From Geosiphon pyriformis uo1 (Eukaryota; Fungi; Glomeromycota): a stretch of 64,000 nt of DNA. Shown piece by piece: positions 36,090 to 49,216 of this stretch. The notes under the pieces are model-generated. The model made no database searches. It had not been told where the DNA came from and saw only the letters and a list, made by a program, of their open reading frames with translations. Each line of letters opens with the position of its first letter. Positions within the stretch are counted from its first letter, which is position 1. The stretch is taken from assembly GCA_016748015.1 (NCBI GenBank), contig JAAOMT010000197.1:158388-222387 (forward strand), in the 5' to 3' direction. The position numbers were made by a program, and so were the translations under genes.

Positions 36090-36106
36090 TGGTGCTCTCT
36101 GTGAGG
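36090..36106 (+). promoter_or_regulatory. Primer-binding site of element D (probably elongator tRNA-Met)
   Basis: TGGTGCTCTCTGTGAGG, 2 nt after the LTR end. tRNA assignment rests on remembered eukaryotic tRNA-Met(e) 3' ends and is unverified for this host. Confidence 0.8.
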
Positions 36107-36149
36107 TTATAAATCTACAGAGACAAAGTATCTCCAAAAATACATAAAA

Positions 36150-39100
36150 GTGGCGACTATTGAAATAATAGGAAAGGACCACTTCTTATATGAAAAAGCA
36201 CTATTTCAATATTTTCGAAAAGACCTAGGAATACTAGCAGAAACCACTTATGCAGAAAGTAATTTTTGTAACTATATTAATGCAAAAATTGACTGCTTAT
36301 TAGGCCGCGCAACTGATACAGGAAGACTTGGAGAACAAATCCATCAAAGCTTATTAGGGTACTCAACAGCCACGACTACCTAAGCAATTGCTGAAACTCT
36401 GCGCATAATCGATACAAACATTAAATATTATGTGGCACAACGATTCCCTTAAGTACAACAATCAGTGGAATCCAATCCTAAGAAATACGAAAAAAAATCC
36501 AACAACCCTGTAACTGCCCAAGCCAAGTCCACGGTCAACAAGAAACCAAGGGTCCTCTTCCTAACAACTCCATCATACCATCAGACACCCCAGAGTAAAA
36601 TTGTATTCAACCCATCTCTGGAAACCCAGTTGGAAACACTATGAACTCCTGGAAATCCACACTCTTGGAATCAACACAGTTGGACCAAATCACTAGGAAA
36701 ATATGGATCGCTGTTTGGAAATCTTACCCCAGCAGCCGGTCAAACAGAAGGAAACCCGTCAACTTGGAAACAGCCACCAGCACAAAACCTAGCAGAATTA
36801 GCATCTCTTCTGACAGAAAAAACAGCTATCTTACAACCTATTGGTTTAAGTAACAAAAGAAAGCAACCAGCATTAGCATCCAGAGAACACTCGAATACAC
36901 GGATACCAATCTCTTTAAACATAACCAGTAACACCCCACCCATTAACCAGATCATGGCTTACCGAGATATCACTAAATTGGAAAAATTCTTTGGTAAAGA
37001 AGATAACACATATTCTTGGATCATGGATGCCGAGAAAACAATTATCGCTAATGGTTGGAATGATGATCACACAATTCAGGCACTGCCATTCTTTCTGACT
37101 GGAACCGCTGATTTGTGATACCAAAGCCTCGCAGAGAAGCCTACCTTTTTTACCGAGTTTAAACTCACATTTCTGCAATACTTTTATGACCCCAATATAT
37201 TAATCCGATTGCAGAATCAATTCAGCATAATTAAACAAAAAGATCATGAAGCAGTAACTACTTATCTCAGATGATTCAATCAAATCCTGTGTTAAATATT
37301 AGCTATTAAAAGGGACTACTACACCACAGCGCAAGTTCTTAATCAATTTATTAAAAGATTGTGGAGTGGTATTCTAAGATCTGTAAGACTTTGTCATCCA
37401 ACCAGTTTACAAGATGCCGTCGCTCTTGCTTGTGATTTTGAGTCTGCAGAACAAGAAGCAAACCATATCCAAGCCATTAATTTAGCCATTAATAAAACCT
37501 TTGACATTGACGCAAAGATAACCCAATTGAGTGAGAAACTAACTCAGAAAATTGAGGGATTTTTAGCCAGAACTACAGAAACTTACCAACCATCCCAATG
37601 GAGAGAAAATAATAACAACAGCAGATACCCACAGCAACAGCAACAACCTTGGAGATCCGATCCCCACAACTGTTACTACTGCCAGAAACCTGAACACATT
37701 GCCCATGACTGTAGAAAGAAGATCATAGACCAAAATCAAGGAAATCTATACCAGCAACCCAGATATCAGCAAAACATAGTACCCCAATATTTCATATCTT
37801 AGAATCAACTGCTTCTATACGCACAACAAGTCCTGTACACTCAACCACCACCCCAGAATTATTATCAACCACCACCAATGACACAAGCAATCCCTCACTA
37901 TCAAACTTCCCCTTACAGCCTGTCCAGATCTTGAGCTATAGACTATAATCAGAGATGGAGGAATCCCAACAACAATTAGGTGCAAACCAATAGTGGACTG
38001 TCTCGACCAATCCCTCGCGGTCCTGCCCAATCTCGACCAACACCAACTGGATACCCAAATCAAGCTTCCTATTTTGGTCTTATGGAAGATCAGGGTTTTG
38101 ATAAATCTACATCTGTGGAAGGAGGGAATATAGAATGAATCTCCCAACCTTCCAAGCAAACAAAAAGCAATATCCCACCAGCCACTATTACTGAAGACAC
38201 CACCCTAGCCGCCATATTTCCTTTTGACATTGATAATTTGAACACTCATAGTCTTTTTAGTGGAGCAGCCATCAATCAGGATAAACCAATAACAGCTCTA
38301 TACACTGATGCCAAAGTCAGAGAAATAGACATTAAATTAATCCTAAATAGCAGATCAGCCAGTAGCATAATCACAAAGCAGCTCATGAACCAATTAGGTC
38401 ACTGAGTAAACTATGCTGCTACTGCCCAGATCATTACAGCAGATGAAAACACAAAAACCCTGATAGAAAAAATTGACAACTTCTCCTTCAAGATTAATGG
38501 AATCTAAATTCCTACTAAAGTACTCATCATGGAAGTTATTCAATATCAAGCTCTAGTAGGAAACAATTGGTTGTTAAAAGCCAATGCTACTCTCGACTGG
38601 AACACCCAAGAACTTTAACTCATATTCAATGGACAGCATGCCTGAGTTCCAGCTACATGCGGACACTTTAAAACCCAATGTGCCAAAGAACCCCTTATTG
38701 AATTCGAAGACACATCAATGCTACCAACCATTGAGACCTATTAAGTTTCATGGGTGGATGATTATCAAACTGAACTACCCCCACTACCAACCTGAGAAAA
38801 AAAAAGAAAAGGCAGAGCTGAAGAAGAACCCCAATTGTCATCACTAGGATATGTAACTTCGAACCAAAGAAACTTATTTTACCAACCCCCAAGACTAATA
38901 TGTGTTGATTGTAGAAAAAAACTACACTATGGGCACATGTATCAGAAACAACAAAAAATGGCCCACCGCCACCAAATACTATTACAGACCTTGTTTACTA
39001 AAAAGATTTGGATGACCAAAATGATAAGGCAAGTGGGACAACATGCCATGCCTCACATGTGGCAAAATCCTGCCAGATGAAGAACTCTGGAATGATGTGC

Positions 39101-42100
39101 CTGGCAGAGGAAGAACATGTGACGAGGCTTGTCAATACACCATATTAATCAATGATTGGGTACGAAAGAGAATTTCCATTGAGGATGTTTGGAAACGAGC
39201 TCTTAACAGACTGGATGGTTATCTACACAATGACCACGAAATCTGGAGAATGGCAAGCGCCAAGGCCGAAGGCGCCATGCCCAAAGAAATATGAGAAATC
39301 AAGGACAACTCTTGGATGCCCAAATATAATGAACCCGACTACCCTGAGGATGATTTCTTTACAGATGACCCAGATGTATTTTAGAACCAATATCAGGAAT
39401 TGGCCCCAACTCGCGAAGAACAGAAACAAAAGTTGGCCAATTTGAATACCAAACTATGCAATTACTGTTTGATCCTCTGTTATTTCCAGTATTGTAACAA
39501 ATGTAATCTCATGTTAAATCTGCCTCCAAGAATACTGTTTCTAATCACCAAACTACCTGAGCCTGAAGAAGAGGTATTGATTACCAAGGACATGTTGTTT
39601 CAAGATTCAACTGAGAATACCAAAACAGAACAGTATCTTGTGTATCTTGACCTATTCAAAGAACTAAAGCTAAAATGGTACAGTAACAATGAGAAAAGAA
39701 TCTGCCTCGAAAAAGCACATGACACTGATGCCGGTTTCAACCTATGATACCCCGGACAATCATCTATTATTATAGCCCCACATTTCCTCGTAAAAATAGA
39801 TCTTAAGATAGTGTTAGAAATTCCTGTTAGTACAATAGTACAAGTTGCCTCTCGATCTAGTCTAGCCAAGAAAGAAATTGACGTAAAAGAATGAATCATC
39901 GATGCTGGTTACATGAGAAACATCATCATGATGCTACAGAACAATTCGGACAGACCCTACAAAATAGAATGACAAGAAAAGATTGCCCAAGCTATCTTCT
40001 TACCCCTAGTCAAAATACCCCAATTAACCCCAGTAACAACCCGAAAAAAGTTAGGCCTCACTGCCCGAGGAATCAATGGGTCTGGATCAAGTGAAAGAAG
40101 AAACGTACCAGTTAATTTCATGGAGAAAGACAATAACCAGGTAGAATTTATCAACACTGACACCATCATTTCCATTCCCCCATATCAACAATACATCCTT
40201 AAGGTGAATTGAAAGATCCAAGATCAAGCCCTGTTATTCGAAGCCAGTCCTGAAATCTGTTCTCTAGCCGATATTGCTAATCTATACCTATTGGCCAAAG
40301 CCCATAAACACTTCAAAATCCCCATCCACAACCTGACAGAAGATGTCATTAAAATCCCCGAAGGGACTCTCGTCAGTTCCATATCCACAGATATTCAGAA
40401 TCCTGAAAAACCCCAGTCCATTCCAGATTTCGCACAATTATTTTTATTCTGTGACATTATCTTACAAGTATGGAATTTGCCAAAAAAAAGTTACTTGTTC
40501 ACACCAGAAAAGATCAATAAATTGAATTTAGGAAATTTAAGTACTCTGCAACAAATACAATTCAAAGTCCTTCTGAATCAGTATGCCGATGTCTTTGTTA
40601 GCGAAAATAAGTTCGGACGCACCAACATCGTAAAGCATCAGATTGATACGGAAGATGCTCGACTGATTAAGCAATGAGCTTACTGCATACTCCCATCTGG
40701 TGATAACCTAATTAAGCAAGAAGTGCAATAGATGTTTAATAATAGCCTAATCAAAGAATTGTTAAGTCCTTGGTCCTCTCCAGTAGTCTTAGTCACTAAG
40801 AAAAATGGAAAAGGGCAATTCTGCATAGATTATCGAAAACTAAATAGCATCATACAAGGAGATAGTTATCCCACTCCTCTTATCCAGGAAATTCTGGACA
40901 ATCTAGAAAAAAAGAAATGATTCTTGTCATTAGATTTAGCAAGTGGTTACTGGCAAGTTGAAATGGACTCCAAAGACAAAAGAAAAACAGCATTTACCAC
41001 TTGAGACAGAAACTTCAAGTTTAACATAATGCCTTTTGGATTTTGTAATGCTCCTGCCACGTTTCAATGTCTGATGGATGTAATATACAAAGGAATCCTT
41101 TGGAAATCAGTAGTAGTCTACCTAGACAACACAAACATGTTCTCCGAAACATTTGATGACCATCTGCTCCATCTGTAACAAGTCTTCGAACACCTTTGTA
41201 GTGCTGGATTGAAACTCAATCCTGAGAAATACTTCTTTGGAAAAACCGAGTTAAAATTTCTAAGACATGTAATCAGCAAAGATGGAGTTAAATTCGATCC
41301 AGATAAAATACAAAAAGTCAAGGATTTTCCAGCCCCAATCAACCTCAGAGAATTACGAGAATTTCTAGGATTGGCAGGATATTATTGTCGATTTGTCAAA
41401 GATTTCTTGAACATTGCAAAACCATTCCATCAATTGTTGTCCAAATATGTACTATACTTATGGAAGGAAGATCAACAGAAAGCATTCGACTATCTCAAGC
41501 AGCAATTGATCACATTCTCAATCTTGATTTACCCAGATTTCACTAAACAATTCATTGTCACTACAGACGCCTCAAAAAATGCTCTAGGAGCAGTTTTATC
41601 ACAGATAGGACTGGACAATAGAGAACACTCAGTTGTCTACACTAGTCGCAGCACCAGTTCAGCAGAAAAGAATTACAGTACAACAGATCTGGAATGTCTT
41701 GCCATTTATTGGGCCATACAGACTTGGAAACATTATCTTAGTCAACCATTTGACTTATATACTGACCACAAAGAACTTATTTGGTTATTCAACAATTCAC
41801 AACTAGAAGAAAATATGCGAGATGGAGTACTTATCTGCAACAATTCCCACTCAAAGTCCATTACAAGGAAAAATCCAAGAACACCAATGCTGACAGTTTG
41901 TCGAGGATGCCACAAACCTAATCCCAGATCCATGAACACACTCATTTATCAATGACTACATCAGTACCTATCGACACTACATTTCAAGGAGATATTATCT
42001 CAATAGGAACAAAATACCATATGAAAACAATCCCGAAATTATTTTATTCAAGACAACCAACTATATCGACAAAAACGCCAAAACCACTCCAACTCACAAT

Positions 42101-43299
42101 GACTAATCAAGGACAGTGAAAAAGAAACTATACTATATAGCGTGCACTCAGATTCGACTACAGGACACTTTAACAAAGATCCTACCCTCAAAAGAACACT
42201 AAACTTATACTATTGGCCAATGATGTATAAAGACATTTTCAAATACATGCTCAATTGTGATGCATGCCAGCGAAGAGGAGAAACAAGATTAACAGAACCA
42301 CTTCGACCCATTCCAATTGGAAATCTATTTGATAGAATCGGGATCAACTTGGTTGGACCTCTTTCAATTACATCCCAAAGAAATTGCTATATTACTGTAG
42401 CCATAGACTATCTTACAAAATGGCCAGAAGCCAGAGTAATCCAAGTGGCCGACACCAAAACAGTAGCTGAATTTGTGCATCAAGACCTAATTTGCCAACA
42501 TGGATGTTCAAAAGAATTATTATCTGATCAGAGAACACACTTCGTTAATAATATGCTGATTGAACTAAACCAATAGTTTGGAATAAAGAGACCCTTATCA
42601 TCACTATACTACCCACAAATGAATAGACTGGTAAAACGATTTAACAGAACACTGTGCAAAGCACTAGCAAAAATAAGTCATGAAAACAAACAAGAATGGG
42701 ACTTATTCATATCTTCTGTACTCTTTGCATACCGAACATTGAAACAAAATATGATTCAGTTCACACTGTTTGAACTAGTCTATAGAAAAAAAGCTACATT
42801 ACTGATTGAACAAGTGATACCATTATATCCAACAGAAACAATCAATGAAGAGAATTTTGAAGCTACCTTACACCAAAGAACGTACTAGCTAATGGAAACG
42901 TTGGAAAACAATTGAAAAACAGCAGCTGACAATATTAGTCATGCTCAAGAATGACAAAAAGAAAGACATGATAAACACCTATCAGAACAACTAATGGAAT
43001 TCAAGATTGGAGACCAAGTACTATTACATTGTACAAAAGCTAAGAAACAGTGGAGTGGAAAGTTTGACCCAAAGTGGGATGGTCCATTCCACATACACAA
43101 AGCGTTAAAAAATGGAGCTTACAAATTACGATTGGAAGACAGGATTTTAAAGAAAGTAGTACATAGAAATTGGTTAAAAATTTATTATGAAAAACAGAAA
43201 TTATTGTCATCAGTACCTCAACTAGAAACACAAATTTTATTAATCAGACCAGAAGATATATCATGAAATCTGGAACCAATCATCATCATTAAAATGTAG
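36150..43299 (+). pseudogene. Element D gag-pol, many stops and frameshifts
   Basis: CYYCQKPEHIAHDC; PR ~38330; DTDAGFNL and KIAQAIF (dUTPase); SPWSSPVVLV; TTDAS (RNase H); GINLVGP (IN); WDGPF. Confidence 0.93.
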
Positions 43300-44126
43300 A
43301 CAATAGACAGCATTTTAAATTGGGGAATTCAAATATATATAGCATCCAAAAAGCAGCAAGACGATAGAAATTTCAACATAGACCTTTCAGATCAAATTTT
43401 AAAATTATCTAAACAATTATTTCAAACAATTCAAAAATCAACATCTCAAATAGAAATAACAATTGATAAAAAAGAGATACGATACAAAGATAAGAGCAGA
43501 AGAGGGGAGGACAAGAGTTCAATTAGAACTAAACATTCCTTTCCCTACCCACTACCCGAAAAGCAATGTTGGAGGAAAAATTGTCTTCAGGTGGGAGGTG
43601 GAAAAGAAGGAGACAAAGAATGAAAAAAAGGTTACAAAAAAAGATACTTGGTTCCCGAGCTTGAAAAAATAAAAGAAGCTTTAGCTCATGGGACCAAACT
43701 CCTCAAAACAGGGGAGTGGACACCTAACAATGCCCAGAAATGGAAAGAAAGACTTCTCCCAGCTTATTGGTTCTACAAAATTGGAAAACAGCTTGACTTG
43801 AAAACACTATATAAAGATCTCAGCCAGAAAACGTTCAACAAAGAAGCAATACAACAAGTAGAAAAATTCATAAGGAAAAACAACCTGACCCTACATTACA
43901 AAGCAGCATACCAACTATACACCATCTTCCAACATTGCCCAAATGTGCTACTAAATAGATCTATGAAAACCATAACGGTTAACAACATAGGATAAATAAC
44001 CAATCAACAGTTCAAAGACCTACAAAAGACAATATTCGAGGCAACAATCGAACATTACATGAACAAAATCACGATAACAGATACATACAGTTTCGCAGAA
44101 GCTCAATTTTAAAAAGAAAGGAATAA
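43300..44126 (+). pseudogene. Element D ORF3, degenerate
   Basis: ORF 43648-43995 (WFYKIGKQ...YKAAYQLYTIF...TVNNIG) and upstream DQILKLSKQLFQTI match ORF3 of A and B. Confidence 0.75.
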
Positions 44127-45180
44127 TGTTACCCGAGTAGAAAAACCAATCCAAAGTTATAAAAAAACGTGAACAAAACATGACATAACACAGAATAACA
44201 TGCAATAATGTTGGATAATGCATTATAATATAGGATAACATGTTATAACGCAGAATAACACAGAATAGTGCACAATAACGTAGAATAATGTGTTATAACA
44301 CAGGATAACACAGAATAACATGTAATAATGTTAGATAACGTGTTATAACATAAAATAACTAGCAATAACGTAGAAAAACAAAGCAATAACAGAAACAACA
44401 AAGCAATAGCTAGTGATAGCGAGACAATTGAAAGCAATCCTGTAAAACCAAAAGAATGTATAAAAGCAAGTAGTTGTAGAAGTGAAAAAAGACAAACAGA
44501 TAGATACAAACCTTTAAACAAGAATTAAATATCTATACCTCTTCATCCTTTATTATTTTCCCTATTTCATCTTCTAAAATAAACCAATTATTAAAAAGAA
44601 ATCAGAATCACGAATTTATGTTCTCAAACTTCATGGAATTTACATGAATTAACTCTTGTCTCATACCTCTGTTCTAGGACAGATGCTCTTAACATAACCA
44701 CCTCAAACTTATTAACAATTTGGACCAATCACTCTTGATCACGGCAATTGATGATACTAATTTATCTTTTTTTTTTCTTTTTCTGTCTTATTTTTGTGGA
44801 GTGGCAACATAGTAAAATTGACTGTTTGGGAATAGACTTTGTAATAGCCTGGTAAAAGAGGGAAGCTCCCCCTAAGTTTTGGATATTAATATTATCTTGT
44901 TAGCTTACCAGAAGGGCGAAAAGACAATGCCAGACCCTAATGACTGCACTCGTTAGCTCGGAGAAGAAAGCTTACATTTATGAAAAACATTACAATCGAT
45001 GAAAGACAAACTCTGTGCCTTATAACCAAAGAACTCAACGGGTAAATTCACATCCAGAAATAGACCTTCAGAGACTGATAATCAAGACTAAGCCAACAGA
45101 ATTATGCGGAAGATGCATCATCCATAATTGAGAGCACCAAACATTACCATTTCCCATACCCACCAAGTTTACCCATAACA
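44127..45180 (+). repeat. 3' LTR of element D
   Basis: Follows PPT AAAAAGAAAGGAATAA; matches the 5' LTR. Confidence 0.95.
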
Positions 45181-45244
45181 ACGTCTACTTCTGATTGGCT
45201 AATAACTATGCTAATATATATTTCCTATATTTCTATGAGTAACA

Positions 45245-46927
45245 CCGTGAAACATCCAGAACCATATTAGTATTCAGTGATGCCAATGTAAGAACAGAAG
45301 TGGCTAGAGGTACAACTTGAGTAATAGGCACCAGGGGCACAATCTCTACACCATTTAATCTATGCATAATATCTGACACTTAATCAGTTAGCAATTCTAA
45401 AGAACATTTAAGCAAAGCTAGACAATTATTGATTGAGAATTCACTTTGAACAACCGGCATGTTTCCCTTAAAACCTAAAGAACCAGAAGGAGAAGAATTA
45501 GATCTAGCACCAGAGTTGAAATAGAGGTTACCAAAAAGAGAAGCAAGTGAGACCACTTGTGCCCAAGATTTGCCACCAAAGGCAGCAGGTCTAAAAATAG
45601 GAACACTTTTTTTAGTGTACAATTTTGCTAGCTGAAGACGATGGTCCTCTAAAGTAACTCTTTTAACAATTTTTGAAGATTTGGTAATAGACAGAGACAG
45701 TACATCACACTCCAGAGCTAAATATCCAAGAAGACCACATTTTTTACAGTGAACTAAGTCTAATCTAGCCCAAGATAATTTAATACCACTAAATATCAGT
45801 TCAGTGTAATAAGCAGATTTTATTGCATCCTCAGACTCAAAGCCAATCATAGCACAGTAAATTCTATTGCCGGAATTCAATGAATAATTTATAATACAAG
45901 TTTTCTTACCAACATCTTCTAAAAAAGTGTCCAAATCATAAGCAGTTGTTCTTACAGGCAAAGTAAACAACAAAGTCCTGAACCAGTCTTTAGATGCCCA
46001 TGTATTGTGATCTTCCACAGTCATAGCCACTCACACAGAATCTTTCCCAATCAAAAAGAACTATTTAGCAGCTAAATGTTCAGTCTGACTTGGTTCAGCA
46101 AATTCCATTACTGCTTTTTGCCATAATCCAATAAGTTGAATTTTGATTGACTTAATTTTACCAAACTTGGCTAGTGCAGCAATAATTATTTCCTTAGGCG
46201 TATCCATGGAAATTTCTTTGATAACCACAGTCTGATCTGAATGAACTTCTTGTCTTTTGAGATCGCTGTTTATGTCAATCCCTTTTTCTCTGGCCAATAA
46301 TGCAGCCATTTCCATGCTTTTTTCTGAAGTGAAGGTAGATTAGATGATTCCTTCGAATTTTAAGGAGGTGGTGGCCCCTCCAAAACCATTGACTGTTGAA
46401 AAAATTTTTCTAATTAACTGAGTTTTTACCATTACCAATTTTTCTTCCACAGCTAAAAGATTAATATCCAAAGTGAATAACCTTTTAACTGACACTTCCA
46501 CAGAAGTCTTAATAATCTTTGAGTCAATCCACTTCTTTTCAAAGGAGATAGGCAAGCGAAGAAAGAGCACAACTTTATTATTATTCATATGAAAGTTAGG
46601 AGAGTTGAGCAGAGAACCAAAACCAGCACCAGTATTAACTCTCTTTGTCTTGGGTGTAGTAGCAACTGAGCCCAAAAAAAATCCACCATTTGCTCCAGAC
46701 ATGTTAACATCCTCATCCTCATCAGATAAACTTTCCACATCAGAATAAATACTATTACTGGATCCAAATTTGCTCAAAAATATATCCCTTTCATTACCAG
46801 AGTGTTTGACATTGTTAAGAACAACTTTTTTTTTCTGAGAAAAGAAGCCATCAGTAGAACCATGAAAAGTGCTCTTAGGAGTCTTCTTCTTAGATATAAT
46901 GCTACTAGCAGTAGTTTCTATATCCAT
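45245..46927 (-). pseudogene. LINE 2 ORF1 (5' portion)
   Basis: ORFs 46340-46927, 46061-46315 and 45380-46030 (CKKCGLLGYLALEC knuckle remnant; VNGFGGATT shared with LINE 1). Confidence 0.88.
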
Positions 46928-47057
46928 GAAAAATAGGTTATTATTAGATAAAGAAATATTAATATAGACTAAAAAACAAAAAAAAAACTTTTTTTACAGA
47001 AAATGCACTTTTTAAGAATTTTTGGAGATAAAAAAGAAAGAAGTTTTTTGAATTTTT

Positions 47058-48273
47058 AAAAATAAGTATCAAATATTTTGTGCAAGTAAATTTTTGATTT
47101 TTTTGTAAATAATATAAAAATTTTTGTAAAAATTGTATTTAATTTTTAAAATATTTGTAAAATAATTTTTTAAAACTATAATTTTATTTAAATCTATAAT
47201 TTTATTTAAAATTTAAAATTTTTGCTTATAATAAATATAAATTAATTAATAATACTTTAAAATTGTTGTATTAAAAGTAAATATTACTTTATAAAACTTT
47301 TTATTATGTTAAAAATCTTAAAAAAACACTAAATATATATATTATATTTTTAACAAAACAGTTAATATATTATAAATAAAAAACATAAAATTATTATTAT
47401 TTTTTATTAAATTATTTTTTTTATATTAATTTTATATTTAAAATTATTTAATTAAATTTTATTATAATAATTAACTTAATTACTTTAATATTATTAAAAA
47501 TAATAAATTATAAATTTTTAAAGATTAATATAAATATTTAACAATTTTTTTTGAATATATTTATTTTATACATAAATATATAATTAAAAAACTTTATTTT
47601 ATTATAATATAAACATAAAATATTGAAATACAACTTATTATTAATACTAAAATTGTTAATAAAATTATAATTAAAAATAATTTGTATTTGTATTGTTGGT
47701 ATAATATTTTAATTTATAAGTAAGTTTTTACTTATAATATATAAATTTTTTTTTGTAATTAGAAAATAATTGTAATATAATTTTTTAATAAATATAATAA
47801 ATAGTTTTATATATATTATAAACAAAATATTAAACATTTTTAAAAACTATTAAATTATTAGTCTTAATAATAATTTTTAAATAAAAACAAAAAATAACAA
47901 AGCCAAAAAAGCTGTAATTTTAATAAACTTATTAATATAATTATTTTTAAAAATTCTAAAATGGTTTTTAGTTTTTTTTAATTATAATATTTGCTATATA
48001 ATAATTTTTAATTAACAATAATTATAAAAATTTAATAATAACAAAACTAATTTAAAATACAAATATTTAAATTTGTTTAAGCTTATTAACAAATTATTAA
48101 AAACTGGAATATATTTTAAAATTACACAATTATTTACAATTTAATTATTGTTAATAAAACCAAATTATTAATTTTAATATTAATTTTTAGTTTTAAATTT
48201 GTAAAAAATACTACATAATAATATAAATAAATTTAAATATATTCAAATTTTTTAAAAACTTATTTGTAAACAT
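47058..48273. other. Extremely AT-rich tract, probable eroded TE relic
   Basis: Composition only. Confidence 0.5.
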
Positions 48274-48671
48274 TGTTACGGGATGGTTTTTTTGTTATAT
48301 TTAATTGCTGATATCCTGCTTTAATTGCAATTAGTTTTTCGTGAGTTCCTCAATTCTATTTGTGTGATAGTGTCACTGTTACACTGAAGGCTTTCTTTTT
48401 ACTGTTGCGATGTAAGTTATTCTTTAATTCTTGATTGTTGTGTGTGTTTATGTACTCCTTCTCAGAGACTGAACTAAAATCTACCCACTGTCTGGGGTCT
48501 TCTCTGAGGCTATCCTTGCAATTGCCTGATGTGTTTCTCTAATCTAGAAACACAGAATGTTAATGGTCTTTAGTGCTTTTCTAATTCTCACAATAAAGCT
48601 TTTATCAATTAGTAACAACGTGAATAATCTTGATCAAGGATTATTCTTCCAAGAGATTCAGTTGATGAATG
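48274..48671 (-). repeat. LTR fragment of another subfamily (either runs into the gap or is a 344-bp unit ending at 48617)
   Basis: Abrupt composition change at TGTTAC (48274); shares GCTATCCTT, TTTAGTGCTTTT and AATTAGTA blocks with the A LTR; left flank ACAT; internal GTAACA|ACGT at 48612-48621. Confidence 0.6.
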
Positions 48672-49216
48672 NNNNNNNNNNNNNNNNNNNNNNNNNNNNN
48701 NNNNNNNNNNNNNNNNNNNNNNNNNNNNNNNNNNNNNNNNNNNNNNNNNNNNNNNNNNNNNNNNNNNNNNNNNNNNNNNNNNNNNNNNNNNNNNNNNNNN
48801 NNNNNNNNNNNNNNNNNNNNNNNNNNNNNNNNNNNNNNNNNNNNNNNNNNNNNNNNNNNNNNNNNNNNNNNNNNNNNNNNNNNNNNNNNNNNNNNNNNNN
48901 NNNNNNNNNNNNNNNNNNNNNNNNNNNNNNNNNNNNNNNNNNNNNNNNNNNNNNNNNNNNNNNNNNNNNNNNNNNNNNNNNNNNNNNNNNNNNNNNNNNN
49001 NNNNNNNNNNNNNNNNNNNNNNNNNNNNNNNNNNNNNNNNNNNNNNNNNNNNNNNNNNNNNNNNNNNNNNNNNNNNNNNNNNNNNNNNNNNNNNNNNNNN
49101 NNNNNNNNNNNNNNNNNNNNNNNNNNNNNNNNNNNNNNNNNNNNNNNNNNNNNNNNNNNNNNNNNNNNNNNNNNNNNNNNNNNNNNNNNNNNNNNNNNNN
49201 NNNNNNNNNNNNNNNA

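Larger units (their letters stand above)
35028..45180 (+). mobile_element. Ty3/Gypsy-type LTR retrotransposon D (complete, gap-free, decayed)
   Basis: LTRs 35028-36087 and 44127-45180; TSD ACAT/ACGT; PBS 36090-36106; PPT 44111-44126; gag, PR, Cys-rich, dUTPase, RT, RH, IN, ORF3. Confidence 0.96.
34238..45244 (-). mobile_element. Solo LTR C (34238-35027 plus 45185-45244), split by element D
   Basis: TGTTAC at 34238 and GTAACA ending 45244; TSD CTGT/CCGT; joined halves are colinear with the intact LTR at 53592-54463; no PBS or internal sequence attached. Confidence 0.9.
29216..47047 (-). mobile_element. Full-length LINE 2 (related family), ORF1 interrupted by solo LTR C and element D (34238-45244)
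   Basis: ORF2 fragments 29355-34036 (AFVDDT, QDIHKAYDSV, GSNFNE); ORF1 45245-46927 plus 34033-34237; A-rich tail at ~29211-29231; 5' end AAAAACTTCTTT as in LINE 1; weak TSD TTGAATTTTT at 29206 and 47048. Confidence 0.9.

Noticed and set aside
36037-36106. tRNA gene suggested by GAGAGCACCA / TGGTGCTCTC
   Set aside because: No cloverleaf or A/B boxes; it is the PBS and its inverted copy.
48274-48617. Definite 344-bp solo LTR or MITE with ACAT/ACGT TSD
   Set aside because: The flanks differ in composition and similarity to longer LTRs suggests it continues into the gap. Left ambiguous and not counted as a paired TSD.
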